A stretch of DNA of 64,000 nucleotides from Mustelus asterias (taxonomy: Eukaryota): NCBI RefSeq assembly GCF_964213995.1, contig NC_135830.1:5332001-5396000 (forward strand), given 5' to 3'. Below, piece after piece: positions 10,547-21,387 of this stretch (positions are counted from its first letter, which is position 1; each line of letters opens with the position of its first letter). The notes under the pieces are model-generated. The model saw only the letters and a program-made list of their open reading frames with translations. It searched no databases and had not been told where the DNA came from. A program made the position numbers and the translations under genes.

Positions 10547-11150
10547 TGTTACCTGTATAATTTGAAGTTAAAAATATATAGATGGAGGGCATTGATTAGA
10601 TGATTTTGAGTGCAACTAACTTGCTGACATAGAGTGGAGTTAGGAGTTATATACCTGCAATGCTTCACTCTGTAAATAAAACTATTCCAAGTACAGATTG
10701 GCTCCAGTTTCTTCCTTCACCATAAGACTGTCAGGATTATAACATGGAAACAGAGAATGTTTGTCTCATGGTGAAGTTTGAAAACTAAAGGAAAGTATAT
10801 TTCAGACAGAAGATTACAATCCCAGGAGCTTTTGTGGGAAATGGCTGAAAGCAAGTGGGAATTGTCAGGGTCTGATTACCTGCCGAAATCTGAACCATAT
10901 AACCAGTGGAAGAATGAAGTGGACACAGGTTACATCCCCACGAAGGAGGAAACAAGGTCTGGTCTTGGCCTTGTCACTTACTAACAAAAAGAAAATCATA
11001 AACAAAATATTTTGTGATCTGGATGTCCATCAGTTCAATACAGATGAAGTCTTGGATCTTCTGTTCAGGTTCAATGATGACATTGACAAGATAGATGATC
11101 CACTGGATGCCTATGAAGCATGGTCAGACTTAGACACATTTCAAATGAGG
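10547..11150 (+). mobile_element. LTR retrotransposon remnant, probably Ty1/Copia GalEa-type: LTR 10547-10744, PBS 10745-10762, gag fragment from 10841
   Basis: TGTTA...TAACA inverted ends; AATAAA at 10675; TGGAAACAGAGAATG resembles a tRNA-iMet PBS; frameshifted gag-like PYNQWKNEV / WTQVT..RKQGLVLALSL / DAYEAWSDLDTF. Confidence 0.62.
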
Positions 11151-11445
11151 GTAAAAATATCGTTAGCAAATTATGATATCACAACAAAAGGCAGATTTCC
11201 ACACCAACAGTCAATCAACTTCACTCCTCTGCTGGATAGTTGTGTCCCCTTGAAAATTTGAGGGTGTCTTGTTCAGGACCCCTTTCTGGAAAGGCTGACG
11301 TGAACAAAGATGCAGATTTTCACACCAATAGCCAATCAGCTTTGCTGCTGTGCTGCCCTCTGCAGGAATGCATTGAGCTCATTAGGGAGGGGTGCATTGG
11401 TGCCTGCAATTCTATATGCCTTCATTTTGTAGCCTGTTACATCTT

Positions 11446-12546
11446 TCAAAGTTGATGGGAGGCCATGTGGCTAGCCTGGGACTCTAGCTTGGTCCAGTAT
11501 TGACTCTTGGCGTCTTTGATAGCTCTCTGTAGATTGTATCTGGATTTCTTATATAGGTCAGGGTCACATGACTTGAATGCTTCAGGCTTGGACTTCAGCA
11601 TCAGTGGATATCGTTGTTCATCCATGGTTTCCAGTTGAGAAACACATGGATTTTCTTCTTTGGCACACAGTCTTCTATGCACTTACTAATAATGTCAGTT
11701 ACTGAGATGGCGTACTCATTCCAGTTCATTGCTGAGTTCTTAAATATTGACCAGTCCACAGACTCGAAGCAGTCCCATTGGCGATCACCCGATTCCTCAG
11801 ACCAACATTATCCATGAAGATTGTCATCAACATCAGGAAGCATAGTCAAGAACATGCCCCTGTCTACATCAACAGTGGTGTAGTTGAAATGGATGAGGGC
11901 TTCAAGTTCCTCAGTGTCCAGATCACCAACAACCTGTCCTGGTCCCTCCACGCTGCAGAGTTAAGAAAGCCCACCAATGCCTCTACTTTTTCAGGAGGCT
12001 AACAAAATTTGGCATGTCTGCTATGACTCTCACCAATTTTTACAGATGTATCATTGAAAGGATCCTTTCTGGATGTATCACAGCTTCGTTAGCCTCCTGC
12101 TCTGACCAAGATTGCAAGAAACTACGAAAGGTTGTGAATGTAGCCAAGTCCATCATGCAAACCAGCCTCCTATCCATTGACTCTGTCTACACTTCCCACT
12201 GCCTCGAAAAAGCAGCCAGCATGATCGAGGATCCCATGCACCCTGGACATACTCTCTTCTACCTTCTTCTGTCAGGAAAAAGATACAAAAGCCTGAGATC
12301 ACATACCAATTACTCAAGATCAGCTTCTTCCCTGCTGCCATCAGACTTTTGAATAGACTTACCATATATTAAGCTGATCTTTCCCTACACCCTAGCTATG
12401 ACTGTAACACTATATTCTACACTCTGTCCTTTCTTTCTCCCCAAGTACTGTATGAACGGTATGTTTTGTCTGTATAGCGCACAAGAAACAATATTTTTCA
12501 CTGTATCCCAATACATGTGACAATAATAAATCATATCAAATCAAAT
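11446..12546 (+). mobile_element. Rex1/Babar LINE, 3' part on + strand (11812-12546) with an upstream part inverted (11446-11810)
   Basis: Plus strand: FKFLSVQITNNLSW, LTNFYRCIIE, LLSGKRYKS; minus strand: DCFESVDW..KPW..YKKSRYNL; tail GTGACAATAATAAA(TCAAA)n. Confidence 0.8.
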
Positions 12547-12559
12547 GTTCTGTCAGGAA

Positions 12560-12830
12560 TGGTGATGGTGGAATTGGAATTCAATAAAAATATCTAGAAT
12601 TAAGAATCGACTGATGACCATGAGACTGTTGCCAATTGTCGCAAAAAACCATCTGGTTCACTAATGTCCTTTGGGAAGGAAATCTGCCGTCCTTATCTGG
12701 TCTGGCCTCTAGAGCCACAGAGGGTCCACTGAAATGGCCTAGCAAGGCACTCAGTTCAAGGGCAACTATGGATGGGCAGTAAATGCTGGAGTGCCAGCGA
12801 CACCCATGTCCCATGAATGAATAAAAGAAA
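12560..12830 (+). mobile_element. Second tRNA-derived SINE family, 5'-truncated copy
   Basis: Homologous to the fuller reverse copy at 29165-29464; ends CCCATGAATGAATAAAA. Confidence 0.6.
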
Positions 12831-13224
12831 ACTTGATCATCCCATTTACTGACATAACAACAATCATATCAGGGGGAAACCATTCAGATACATCACCTGC
12901 AAAGGGGTCCATTTAGTTTTTCCACCTGTTATCATTCCAGCTCTAAAAGTTCAAAGCAATTGATATTCACTCAGTGCATTCTTTGTGCTCAGGAGCTGTT
13001 AAAATGTTCTCTTTGAGAGAAAAAAGACACTTGTTCACACCACCTGCTGAGATTCCAGTAACTTCACACTTGACATTTAGAATGTTTTTTTGCTTTTAAT
13101 AAAATCCAAAATGGAACTATGGAGAAGGTCCCACACGTTTGGATGCTGTGTCGCTGACTTAATTTCCTGATATCTATGACTCCGTTGTAATTGGAGCAGA
13201 AAATATCACTGGTCAATGGTGGTG

Positions 13225-13640
13225 CTGGTGCCCAGCATGCACCGAGAGTGAGAATACGCCCTATCTTCAGTACGCAGAGCCGCTCTGACTGGAGCATGCG
13301 CAGTGCTGGTGATGACAGTGGCCGGACGGGGTGGTGTGGGAGTCGCAGGGAAAGCAGAGATTAATTGGAGACAGCGGGTGAGTGAGGTTAAATGGAACCG
13401 GCGGGTGAGAAAGGAGGCTTCATAAACATCCTGTGTAGGAAAGGGAAATTCATAGAAACCGGGTGTGGGCCTCAAACCGCAAATAAGAAGCCCGAGGCCC
13501 TGGGTGATTGTTCTCGAAAGATGTTGGTTGTAAAATCAATGGGCAGCGCAGCCGCCATCTTTATTGGGATCAATATCAGCCATCTTTGTCGGGAGCATTT
13601 GGGCAGCAAGGCACGTGTACGGTCGCCATCTTTGTGGGGG
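13225..13640 (+). promoter_or_regulatory. CpG-rich promoter and first exon of ZNF-C
   Basis: GCATGCGCAGTG at about 13294; donor CGG|GTGAGT at 13378; YY1-like GCCGCCATCTT at 13551 and GTCGCCATCTT at 13622; ZNF143-like CCCAGCATGCAC at about 13230. Confidence 0.65.
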
Positions 13641-14032
13641 GCGTTAGGCAGCAAGATGCATGTATTTATGGGCCTCAATGGTTTAATCTCACTCCTATTT
13701 CTTATGTTCTTATAGGGGCCGAAGTCTTGTGTAGACGAGACCAGGCAGCAGGTTCCCTTCCTTGAAGGACGTCAGTGAGCCAGTTAGGTTTTTAACAATG
13801 AACCAGCAGTGTCCATAGTCACTTTTTCTAGTTCCGGCCCCACAAGTTACCAGATTCATTCAGCTCAATTTCACAACCTGCCTTTGTGTTTTTGTGAGTT
13901 CTGTCTCACGCCTTTTTTTCTTTTTTTAATGTCAATCTTTAGATTTTGCAGTCATGAAACACAAATCAAACACATCAAAATCGGACGGAATCGCCCAATT
14001 TATTGCAGCTTGAATATCGGAGAATTTTGAAC

Positions 14033-14554
14033 ATGGAAGGAAAAAGAACTGTTCACACTGGAGAGAAACCGTGCAAATGTGGGGACTGTGAGGAGGAATT
14101 CCGATCCCCATCTGAGCTGGAAACTCATCAGCGCAGTCACGCTGAGGAGAGGCCAGTTACCTGCCCTGAGTGTGGAAAGGGATTCACTCGATCATCAGGG
14201 CTGCTAACACACCAGCGAATTCACACTGGGGAGAGGCCGTTCATTTGTTCCCAGTGTAGGAAGGGATTCACTCGATCGTCAGGGCTGATGCAACACCAGC
14301 AAATTCACACGGATGAGAGACCATTTAAATGTCAAGACTGTGGGAAGGGCTATAAAATTTCTGCAAATAAGGTGCGCCATCAGCGGGTTCACACTGATGA
14401 GAGACCATTCAGGTGCTCCCACTGTGGGATCGGGTTCAGGGGATCAGAACAACTCACTGAACACCAGCGAATTCACACCGGAGAGAGGCCATTTACCTGC
14501 TCATTTAAATTTCTAACATATCAACAAGCACTGTGTGTATGTTTGTGTGAATAG
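14033..14554 (+). CDS. C2H2 zinc-finger protein, 5 fingers, array broken in finger 6 (ZNF-C; possibly a pseudogene)
   Basis: ATG at 14033 (MEGKRTVH); homology stops abruptly after TGERPFTCS at about 14502. Confidence 0.65.
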   Translation: MEGKRTVHTGEKPCKCGDCEEEFRSPSELETHQRSHAEERPVTCPECGKGFTRSSGLLTHQRIHTGERPFICSQCRKGFTRSSGLMQHQQIHTDERPFKCQDCGKGYKISANKVRHQRVHTDERPFRCSHCGIGFRGSEQLTEHQRIHTGERPFTCSFKFLTYQQALCVCLCE

Positions 14555-15321
14555 AGGGCTTTTCAAAAATCCTGGGGTTAATTTTAAATTGTTGTAATGT
14601 GTCGTTTCGAAAAGCTAAACACACTCCCAGTTTTTACTGAATTATTTGCATCCCTTTAAACAAGCTCAGAAACTAGGAAACAATGAGACTTTGATTTCAT
14701 ATTTTATTTCTATTACATAGCTCATTACAGACCAAGACCATGAGATGACTGGATACTCACAGGAGGATTCATCAGTCAGAGTTTTGAGCGAATTATTCCT
14801 CATCTGGTTAGTCTGGTCGAAAGTAGACCTGGTTAAGAACCCTAAGTTTTTGTGTATTTAACCCTTTTGGTTTTAATAAGGTCTCGATAACTCGATGGTA
14901 ACATGCTAACATTTCCTGTTTTTATAAACTGAAACACCAAAACCATTAATTCATCTTGTAAAAGTAAATAGTGAGTCTGTGTGATATCATCAATTCCTTT
15001 TCTCATGCTGTCTACCTGAATGGTTCATATCTTTCTGAAAGAATTAGTGATGCCTTTGTCTTTGGTTCTTTAGCCAGTGGTTTGGAGTTGCGAACAAGCA
15101 TTGTCTATTCTTTCAGATCATTCGTCTATTCATGTTTGTATACAGGTTCTAATCTTATCTTCAATATTATCTCTTAGAACCTGATTCATTTACAAATCCT
15201 TAATTTATTGTAAGTGTGTTTACTATTGAGAAAAGTTGAATAAAGTTATTAGAATTATTTAGGTGTTCCCTGTCTGGCCTCCCTCTGTCTACATTCCCCA
15301 TCTCAAGGCTCAAGAATATTA

Positions 15322-15766
15322 TTTGATTTGATTTATTATTGTCACATGTATTCATATACAGTGAAAAGGTATTGTTTCTTGCGCGCCATACAGACAGAGC
15401 ATACTGTAGATAGAGAAGGGAAGGAGAGGCTGCAGAATGCAGTGTTACAGTCATAGCTAGGGTGTAGAGAAAGATCAACTTAATACGAGGTAGGTCCATT
15501 CAAAGTCTGACAGCAGCAGGGAAGAAGCTGTTCTTGAGTCGGTTGGTAAGTGACCTAAGACTTTTGCATCTTTTTCCCAATGGAAGAAGGTGGAAAAGAA
15601 TATGTCCGGAATGTGTGGGATCCTTGATTAGGCTGGCTGCTTTTCTGAGGCAGTGGGAAGTGTAGACAGAGTCAATGGCAGGTTTGCGTGATGAACTGGG
15701 CTCCATTCACAACCCTTTGTAGTTTATTGCGGTCTTGGACAGAGCAACAGTCATACCAAGCTGTAT
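15322..15766 (-). mobile_element. Rex1/Babar LINE 3' fragment
   Basis: Reverse strand KAASLIKDPTH..LPLGKRCKSLRS..NSFFPAAVRL plus the (ATCAA)n tail. Confidence 0.8.
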
Positions 15767-15996
15767 TGTTCCTTTTGTAGTTTCAAAACTTTTCTCTGGG
15801 TCAGTGCAAACATTGAATTGAATTTATTATTGTCACATGTATTGGTATACAGTGAAAGGTATTGGAAAAGTGCAGAATATAGTATAATTTCCTGAATTAA
15901 TCCATGCTTTCTGTGCTGAGTGAACCCATCTCAGAGACAAATGTTGAGCTGTTTGCTCCACACTGCAAGAAGACTCACAACACCAGGCTCCACAGC

Positions 15997-16128
15997 CACA
16001 GGGCTCCATCTGTTTGCCCCCACACCCACAGGGCTCCGTTTGCTCCACACCCACAGGGCTCCATCTGTTTGCTCCGCACCCACAGGGCTCCATCTGTTTG
16101 CTCCGCACCCACAGGGCTCCATCTGTTT
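15997..16128. repeat. 29-bp tandem minisatellite, about 4.5 copies
   Basis: Unit CACAGGGCTCCATCTGTTTGCTCCGCACC. Confidence 0.9.
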
Positions 16129-16232
16129 AAAGCCACAAACAGAAAGGTCCAGTTTTCTCCTGAACTTTTGACACAATAAGAAGTTTAACAACACCAGGTT
16201 AAAGTCCAACAGGTTTATTTGGTAGCAAATTT

Positions 16233-16568
16233 GGGCGGCACGGTAGCACAGTGGTTAGCACTGCTGCTTCACAGCTCCAGGGTCCCGGGTTCGATTCCCG
16301 GCTCGGGTCACTGTCTGTGTGGAGTTTGCACATTCTCCTCGTGTCTGTGTGGGTTTCCTCCGGGTGCTCCGGTTTCCTCCCACAGTCCAAAGATGTGCGG
16401 GTTAGGTTGATTGGCCAGGTTAAAAATTGCCCCTTAGAGTCCTGGGATGTGTAGGTTAGCGGGTAAATATGTGGGGGTAGGGCCTGGGTGGGATTGTGGT
16501 CGGTGCAGACTTGATGGGCCGAATGGCCTCCTTCTGCACTGTAGGGTTTCTATGATTTTTTTTCTATG
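16233..16568 (+). mobile_element. Full-length V-SINE (HE1-like)
   Basis: A box GTAGCACAGTGG, B box GGTTCGATTCC, V-domain core, CR1-like tail GGGCCGAATGGCCTCCTTCTGCACTG..TTCTATG. Confidence 0.9.
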
Positions 16569-16573
16569 AAAAG

Positions 16574-16618
16574 CCACACAAGCTTTCAGAGCTCTAAGCC
16601 CCTTCTTCAGGTGAGTGG
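16574..16618 (-). ncRNA. Minimal hammerhead ribozyme (Penelope type)
   Basis: Reverse strand CCACTCAC-CTGAAGA-A-GGGGCT TAG AGCTCT-GAAA-GC-TT-GTGTGG. Confidence 0.68.
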
Positions 16619-16874
16619 GAATTCTGTTCACAAACAGAGCTTATAAAGACATAGACTCAATTTACATGAATAATGGTTGGAATGCGAATACTTACAACTA
16701 ATCAAGTCTTTAAGAAACAAAATAATGTGAGTGGAGAGAGCATCAAGACAGGCTCTCTCCACTCACATTGTTTTGTTTCTTAAAGACTTGATTTGTTGTA
16801 AGTATTCGCATTCCAACCATTATTCATGTAAATTGAGTCTGTGTCTTTATAAGCTCTGTTTGTGAACAGAATTC

Positions 16875-16919
16875 CCACTCACCTGAAGAAGGGGCTTAGA
16901 GCTCCGAAAGCTTGTGTGG
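16875..16919 (+). ncRNA. Minimal hammerhead ribozyme (Penelope type)
   Basis: CTGAAGA at 16883-16889; stem II GGGGCT/AGCTCC; GAAA at 16906-16909; palindromic AGCT; predicted cleavage after 16913. Confidence 0.75.
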
Positions 16920-17049
16920 CTTTTGCTACCAAATAAACCTGTTGGACTTTAACCTGGTGTTGTTAAACTTCTTACTGTGTTTACCCCAGTCCAACGCCGG
17001 CATCTCCACACCTTTTGACACAAAGCAGCTTTCACAATGATGCAGAGTT

Positions 17050-17465
17050 TCAGCCAATGAGGGAGATCTGGGCTCAGCCCCGCCTCTCATTCACGCCGAT
17101 TGGTTGGAGGACCAGCCTCTCCCGCTCGGTCCTCCAGCCCCGCCCCTCATTCACTCCGATTGGTTGGAGGACCAGCCGCTCCCGATCGGTCCTCCAGCCC
17201 CCCCCCCCCTCTTCCTATTGGTCCGGAGCTGCCGTCAATCAGTGCCCGGGCATTGTGATGTGGAGCATGCGCAGTGTCATTGCTGTCCTTGGCGCTTGTT
17301 TGTCCCGGAGAAGCGGAGCCAGCGTTAGGCGGTGGCTGGGAGGATTTGGAAACACTTTGTGGATCCGCAAACCCTTCAGAATCATTGTCAGCTCCCTGGT
17401 TTGCAGCTGCGGGGCTTCTCCCTCCCTCCCTCCCGGGAACAGGCCCAGGTTAACGGCCCCATCCT
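17050..17465 (+). promoter_or_regulatory. CpG-rich promoter of ZNF-D with a duplicated 60-bp GC-box/CCAAT unit
   Basis: CAGCCCCGCC..GATTGGTTGGAGGACCAGCC repeated at about 17075 and 17135; GCATGCGCAGTG at about 17265; reverse-complement homolog of 4843-4990. Confidence 0.7.
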
Positions 17466-18101
17466 GGCTCAGCCACTGGAGGATGGTTCACATCAGAGGA
17501 TGGGGGAGGGGGACAATAAATAAGAGGTTACACTTTGGCCTCAAATCAATGAGGACTCTGATCTCTGGGAAGGAAGGAAACCCTGGGAGGTGGGCGGGGA
17601 GGATTCACAAACACCCGCTGGAGGCCCCAACACCCCCAATAAGACCCATTGGTTTTGTCAGTCTGCAGACAGGAGCTGGAGAACTGAACCCAGACAGAGG
17701 AGAGGGAGGGAGAAAACTGGGAGTGGAGGAAAGAGATGGTGAGATGGGTTTGGATTTCAGCCCAGGGAGGAGGGAGAGTGTGTGGGACGGGGATTTACTG
17801 ATTTGGGGGAACAAGAAAGGAAAAAGTGTTCCAGAGAAACTAGAACTGTCTGTTCAGAGTTTCTATCCATACTCTATATCATTTTCCTGAATTTCTTTTG
17901 CAGGGTGCTAGACTGGAAAAGCACTGAGACACACACACACACCCATCTGAGTGTTCCAGTGAACTGACTGTGGAAAGAGCTTTACACAGCCTGAAAGAAC
18001 ATCACACTATTTGCAGCTGGGAGAAACTGTACACGTGTTGTGTGTGTGGACAAGGTTTCAACTGATCATCCAACCTGGAGAGACACAAGGACATCGACAA
18101 C

Positions 18102-18776
18102 ATGGAAAAACCATGGAAATGTGAGGAATGTGGTAAAGGTTTCAAATATTCATCCCTGTTGGAAAATCATCGACGCATTCATACTAGGGAGAAGCCATTC
18201 ACCTGCTTTGTGTGTGGGAAAGGATTCACTCAGTTGTCCTGTTTCCAGTCACATCAACAAACTCACACTGAGGAGAGGCCGTTCAGCTGCGCTTCCTGTG
18301 GAAAGAGGTTCAAGTCTTCATCCAACCTCACTGCACACCAGCGAGTTCACACCGGCGAGAGACCATTCAGCTGTTCCGAGTGTGGGAAGGGATTCACTCG
18401 ATCCTCCCATCTGCTGGAACACCAGCAAACCCACAGCGAGGAGAGGCCATTCAGCTGCACCAATTGTGGAAAGAGGTTCAGGTCTTCTCCCAATCTCATT
18501 GCCCACCAGAGAGTTCATTCGGGGAAGAAACCGTTCACGTGCTCTGTGTGTGGGAAGGAATACACTCACCCATCCAACCTGCTGATACACCAGCGAACTC
18601 ACACAGGGGAGAGGCCATTCACCTGCTCCGTGTGTGGGAAAGGATTCATAAAGTCCTTTAACCTAGTGATACACCAACGCACTCACACTGGGGAGAGGCC
18701 ATTCACCTGCTCTGTGTGTGGGAAAGGATTCACTCAGCCATCTAACCTGCTGACACACCAGCGAATTCATAAGTAA
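18102..18776 (+). CDS. C2H2 zinc-finger protein, 8 fingers (ZNF-D)
   Basis: Acceptor TTTTGCAG at about 17903; MEKPWKC start; eight intact fingers; ends HK-TAA. Confidence 0.88.
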   Translation: MEKPWKCEECGKGFKYSSLLENHRRIHTREKPFTCFVCGKGFTQLSCFQSHQQTHTEERPFSCASCGKRFKSSSNLTAHQRVHTGERPFSCSECGKGFTRSSHLLEHQQTHSEERPFSCTNCGKRFRSSPNLIAHQRVHSGKKPFTCSVCGKEYTHPSNLLIHQRTHTGERPFTCSVCGKGFIKSFNLVIHQRTHTGERPFTCSVCGKGFTQPSNLLTHQRIHK

Positions 18777-19442
18777 CTGCACTAGTTGGATTGTTATTTT
18801 TGCTGTTGTTAATCACATTTAATACTGATAATCTGATAATATTTGGCCTGCTCCTGCTGATCTTAACAAACTCTATAACTGGCTGGCTCTTAAATATCTT
18901 GGCTGTGTTGCAGATTTTCAGAGCTGTAAAGTCCCTGTTTGAAAGCACCATCTGTGATGCTTTCCCTTGATCCAAGAACACCGTCTCCTGGAAGTTCACC
19001 TCCAATTCTTCACCACCCTGACTTTGAAATATTTTTGACCATCCTGCACTGTTACTGGCACAAAATCCTGAAATTTCATTCCAAATAGCACTGTTGGTGC
19101 ACCTACACCCCAGGACTGCAGCTGTTCAGGAAACTAGCTCAACACCATCATTCTTTCAAACCTGAATATCATCGGCCATTGAATGTGAAAGGAGAAATGT
19201 CCGCCTTCTGTCTGTGGGAAAAGGTTTTAAACATCAGTGTGACTGGAAAAGCACTGAGACACACACACACACTCGAGTGACAGTGTTCCACTGAAGTGAC
19301 TGTGGAAAGAGCTTTAACCAGTTACACAGTCTGAAAAAAACATCACACCATTCACAGCGGGGAGAAACCGAACACAGGTTCTGTGTGTGCACAGGTCTTC
19401 AACTGATTGTCCAACCCGGAGAGACACAAGGACATCGGCACC

Positions 19443-20198
19443 ATGGAGAAACCGTGGAAATGTGGGGATTGTGGGAAACGATACAGTTACCCTTCTGAAC
19501 TGGAAATGCATCGACGCGCTCACACTGGGGAGAGGCCGTTCACCTGCTCCACCTGTGAGAAGGGATTCAGTCAGTCATCCAGCCTGCTGACACACCAGTA
19601 TGTTCACACTGATCAGACACCTTTCAAATGTTCTGACTGTGAGAAAACATTTAAAAGCAAAAAGTATCTGCTGAGGCACCAACACATTCACAGTGAGGAG
19701 AAGCCATTCACCTGCCCCTTGTGTGGGAAGCGATTCACTGCTACATCCAACCTGCAGAAACACCAGCGAGTTCACACTGACAAGAGACCCTTTAAATGTC
19801 CAGACTGCGGGAAGTGCTTTAAAACCTCTGGTGAAGTGACTTGTCATCAACGTGTTCACACTGACGAGAGACCCTTTAGATGCTCTCACTGTGGGACTGG
19901 CTTCAGGCGATCATCTGAACTCACTGTACACCAGCGAATTCACACTGGAGAGAGACCGTACACCTGCTCTGTGTGTGGGAAGAGCTTCATTCAGTCATAC
20001 CACCTGCTGAAACACCAGCAAATTCATTCCGATATAAAACCTTTTCAATGTTTTGACTGTGAGCAGAGCTTTAAAAGCAGCAATGGTCTCATGATGCATC
20101 AACGAGTCCACACTGGGGAGAGGCCGTTCACCGGCTGTGTGTGGGAAAGGATTCACTCAGTCATACAACCTGCTGAAACATCAGCAAATTCACTCTGA
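19443..20198 (+). CDS. C2H2 zinc-finger protein, 8 intact fingers then a frameshift (ZNF-E)
   Basis: ACCATGG at 19443; frameshift at about 20133; three further decayed fingers in another frame to 20373. Confidence 0.7.
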   Translation: MEKPWKCGDCGKRYSYPSELEMHRRAHTGERPFTCSTCEKGFSQSSSLLTHQYVHTDQTPFKCSDCEKTFKSKKYLLRHQHIHSEEKPFTCPLCGKRFTATSNLQKHQRVHTDKRPFKCPDCGKCFKTSGEVTCHQRVHTDERPFRCSHCGTGFRRSSELTVHQRIHTGERPYTCSVCGKSFIQSYHLLKHQQIHSDIKPFQCFDCEQSFKSSNGLMMHQRVHTGERPFTGCVWERIHSVIQPAETSANSL

Positions 20199-20649
20199 TA
20201 TAAAACATTTTATATGTTTTGATTACGAGCAGAATTTTAAAAGCTGCAATGGTGTAATGACACACCAGCAAGTTTATACAGGGGAGAAACTGTTCACCTG
20301 TTCTGAGTGCAGGACTGGATCCACTGACTTACAGCAAATGCTGAGACACCAGCAACTTCATGAGTGTCTGTAGGGGTTGGATTCAGCTGCTTTTGCTGCT
20401 GTTAATCATATTGAGGACTAAATGTATGGGTTAATCCTAAGGTGTGTGAGAAATGTGACCCAGCCGCTCTCTTCCAAAGTTCAGAGCTCCGAGACATGGA
20501 ACAGAAGCTCCTTTACAACTGGGTTTAGAGTCAGGAAAAACAACGATGAATGCTGGAAACTAAGATTTTAGTCCAGGAGTCAGAGATTACCCAAAAAGGG
20601 GGTCGGTGTCATTGGTGATTTTGAAACATTTTATTCAGAAGCAACAGTT

Positions 20650-20915
20650 ATGAAAGCTTCAAGTTTTTGTGCCCAGATCACCAACAACCCGTCCTGGTCC
20701 CTCCAAACTGACGCTACAGTTAAGAAAGCCCACCAACACCTCTCCTTTCTCAGGAGGCTAAGGAAATTCGGCATGTCTGCTACGACTCTCACCAACATTT
20801 ACAGCTGCACCATAGAAAGCATCCTCTGTGAATGTATTACAGCTTGATATGGCTCCTGCTCTGACCGAGACTGCAATAAACTACAAAGGGTTGTGTCTGA
20901 AACCCAGCCCATCGA
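20650..20915 (+). mobile_element. Rex1/Babar LINE internal fragment
   Basis: ITNNPSWS..KKAHQHLSFLRRLRKFGMS..TIESIL. Confidence 0.75.
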
Positions 20916-21037
20916 ACATCGCTTGAGCCAGAGTCAGGGTCAGATCAGCTGAAGCAGTTAAAGGCAGTTGGATCAACAGTTAGTTCTTAACTCTGCCAGC
21001 TTCAGATGTGCCTTCAGAGAACTCACCATTCAACCTG

Positions 21038-21237
21038 NNNNNNNNNNNNNNNNNNNNNNNNNNNNNNNNNNNNNNNNNNNNNNNNNNNNNNNNNNNNNNN
21101 NNNNNNNNNNNNNNNNNNNNNNNNNNNNNNNNNNNNNNNNNNNNNNNNNNNNNNNNNNNNNNNNNNNNNNNNNNNNNNNNNNNNNNNNNNNNNNNNNNNN
21201 NNNNNNNNNNNNNNNNNNNNNNNNNNNNNNNNNNNNN
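21038..21237. other. Assembly gap (200 N)
   Basis: Run of N; the round length suggests an unsized scaffold join. Confidence 0.99.
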
Positions 21238-21387
21238 CGACTGATTGTGAAAGATTTAAATGTTTTTCCAACCCTTGCCCCGCGCTCCGTATTGTGCTCA
21301 CTTGTTACTCCCATTTACTGTGAGAGTGGGTGAGTTTGTCTGGAGTGAGGGTGCATTTCCAAACTGAATTAACTAGATATAGACTTT

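Larger units (their letters stand above)
16177..17011. mobile_element. Palindromic non-coding Penelope-like element (inverted terminal repeats) with a SINE in the left arm
   Basis: 16569-16740 is the reverse complement of 16753-16924, and 16177-16229 pairs with about 16922-16975; flanked by CTTTTGACACAA at 16165-16176 and 17012-17023. Confidence 0.85.

Noticed and set aside
14644-14730. Perfect octamer ATTTGCAT followed by TTTAAA and an ATG with hydrophobic codons, as an Ig leader
   Set aside because: Stop at codon 4, no splice donor, spacing too short and no V exon downstream.
16233-16310. tRNA gene
   Set aside because: The A/B boxes belong to a SINE head that continues into the V-domain and LINE-like tail.
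17015-17890. 291-aa ORF
   Set aside because: Non-ATG start; spans a GC-rich promoter and intron; no domain; paralogous regions do not keep the frame.
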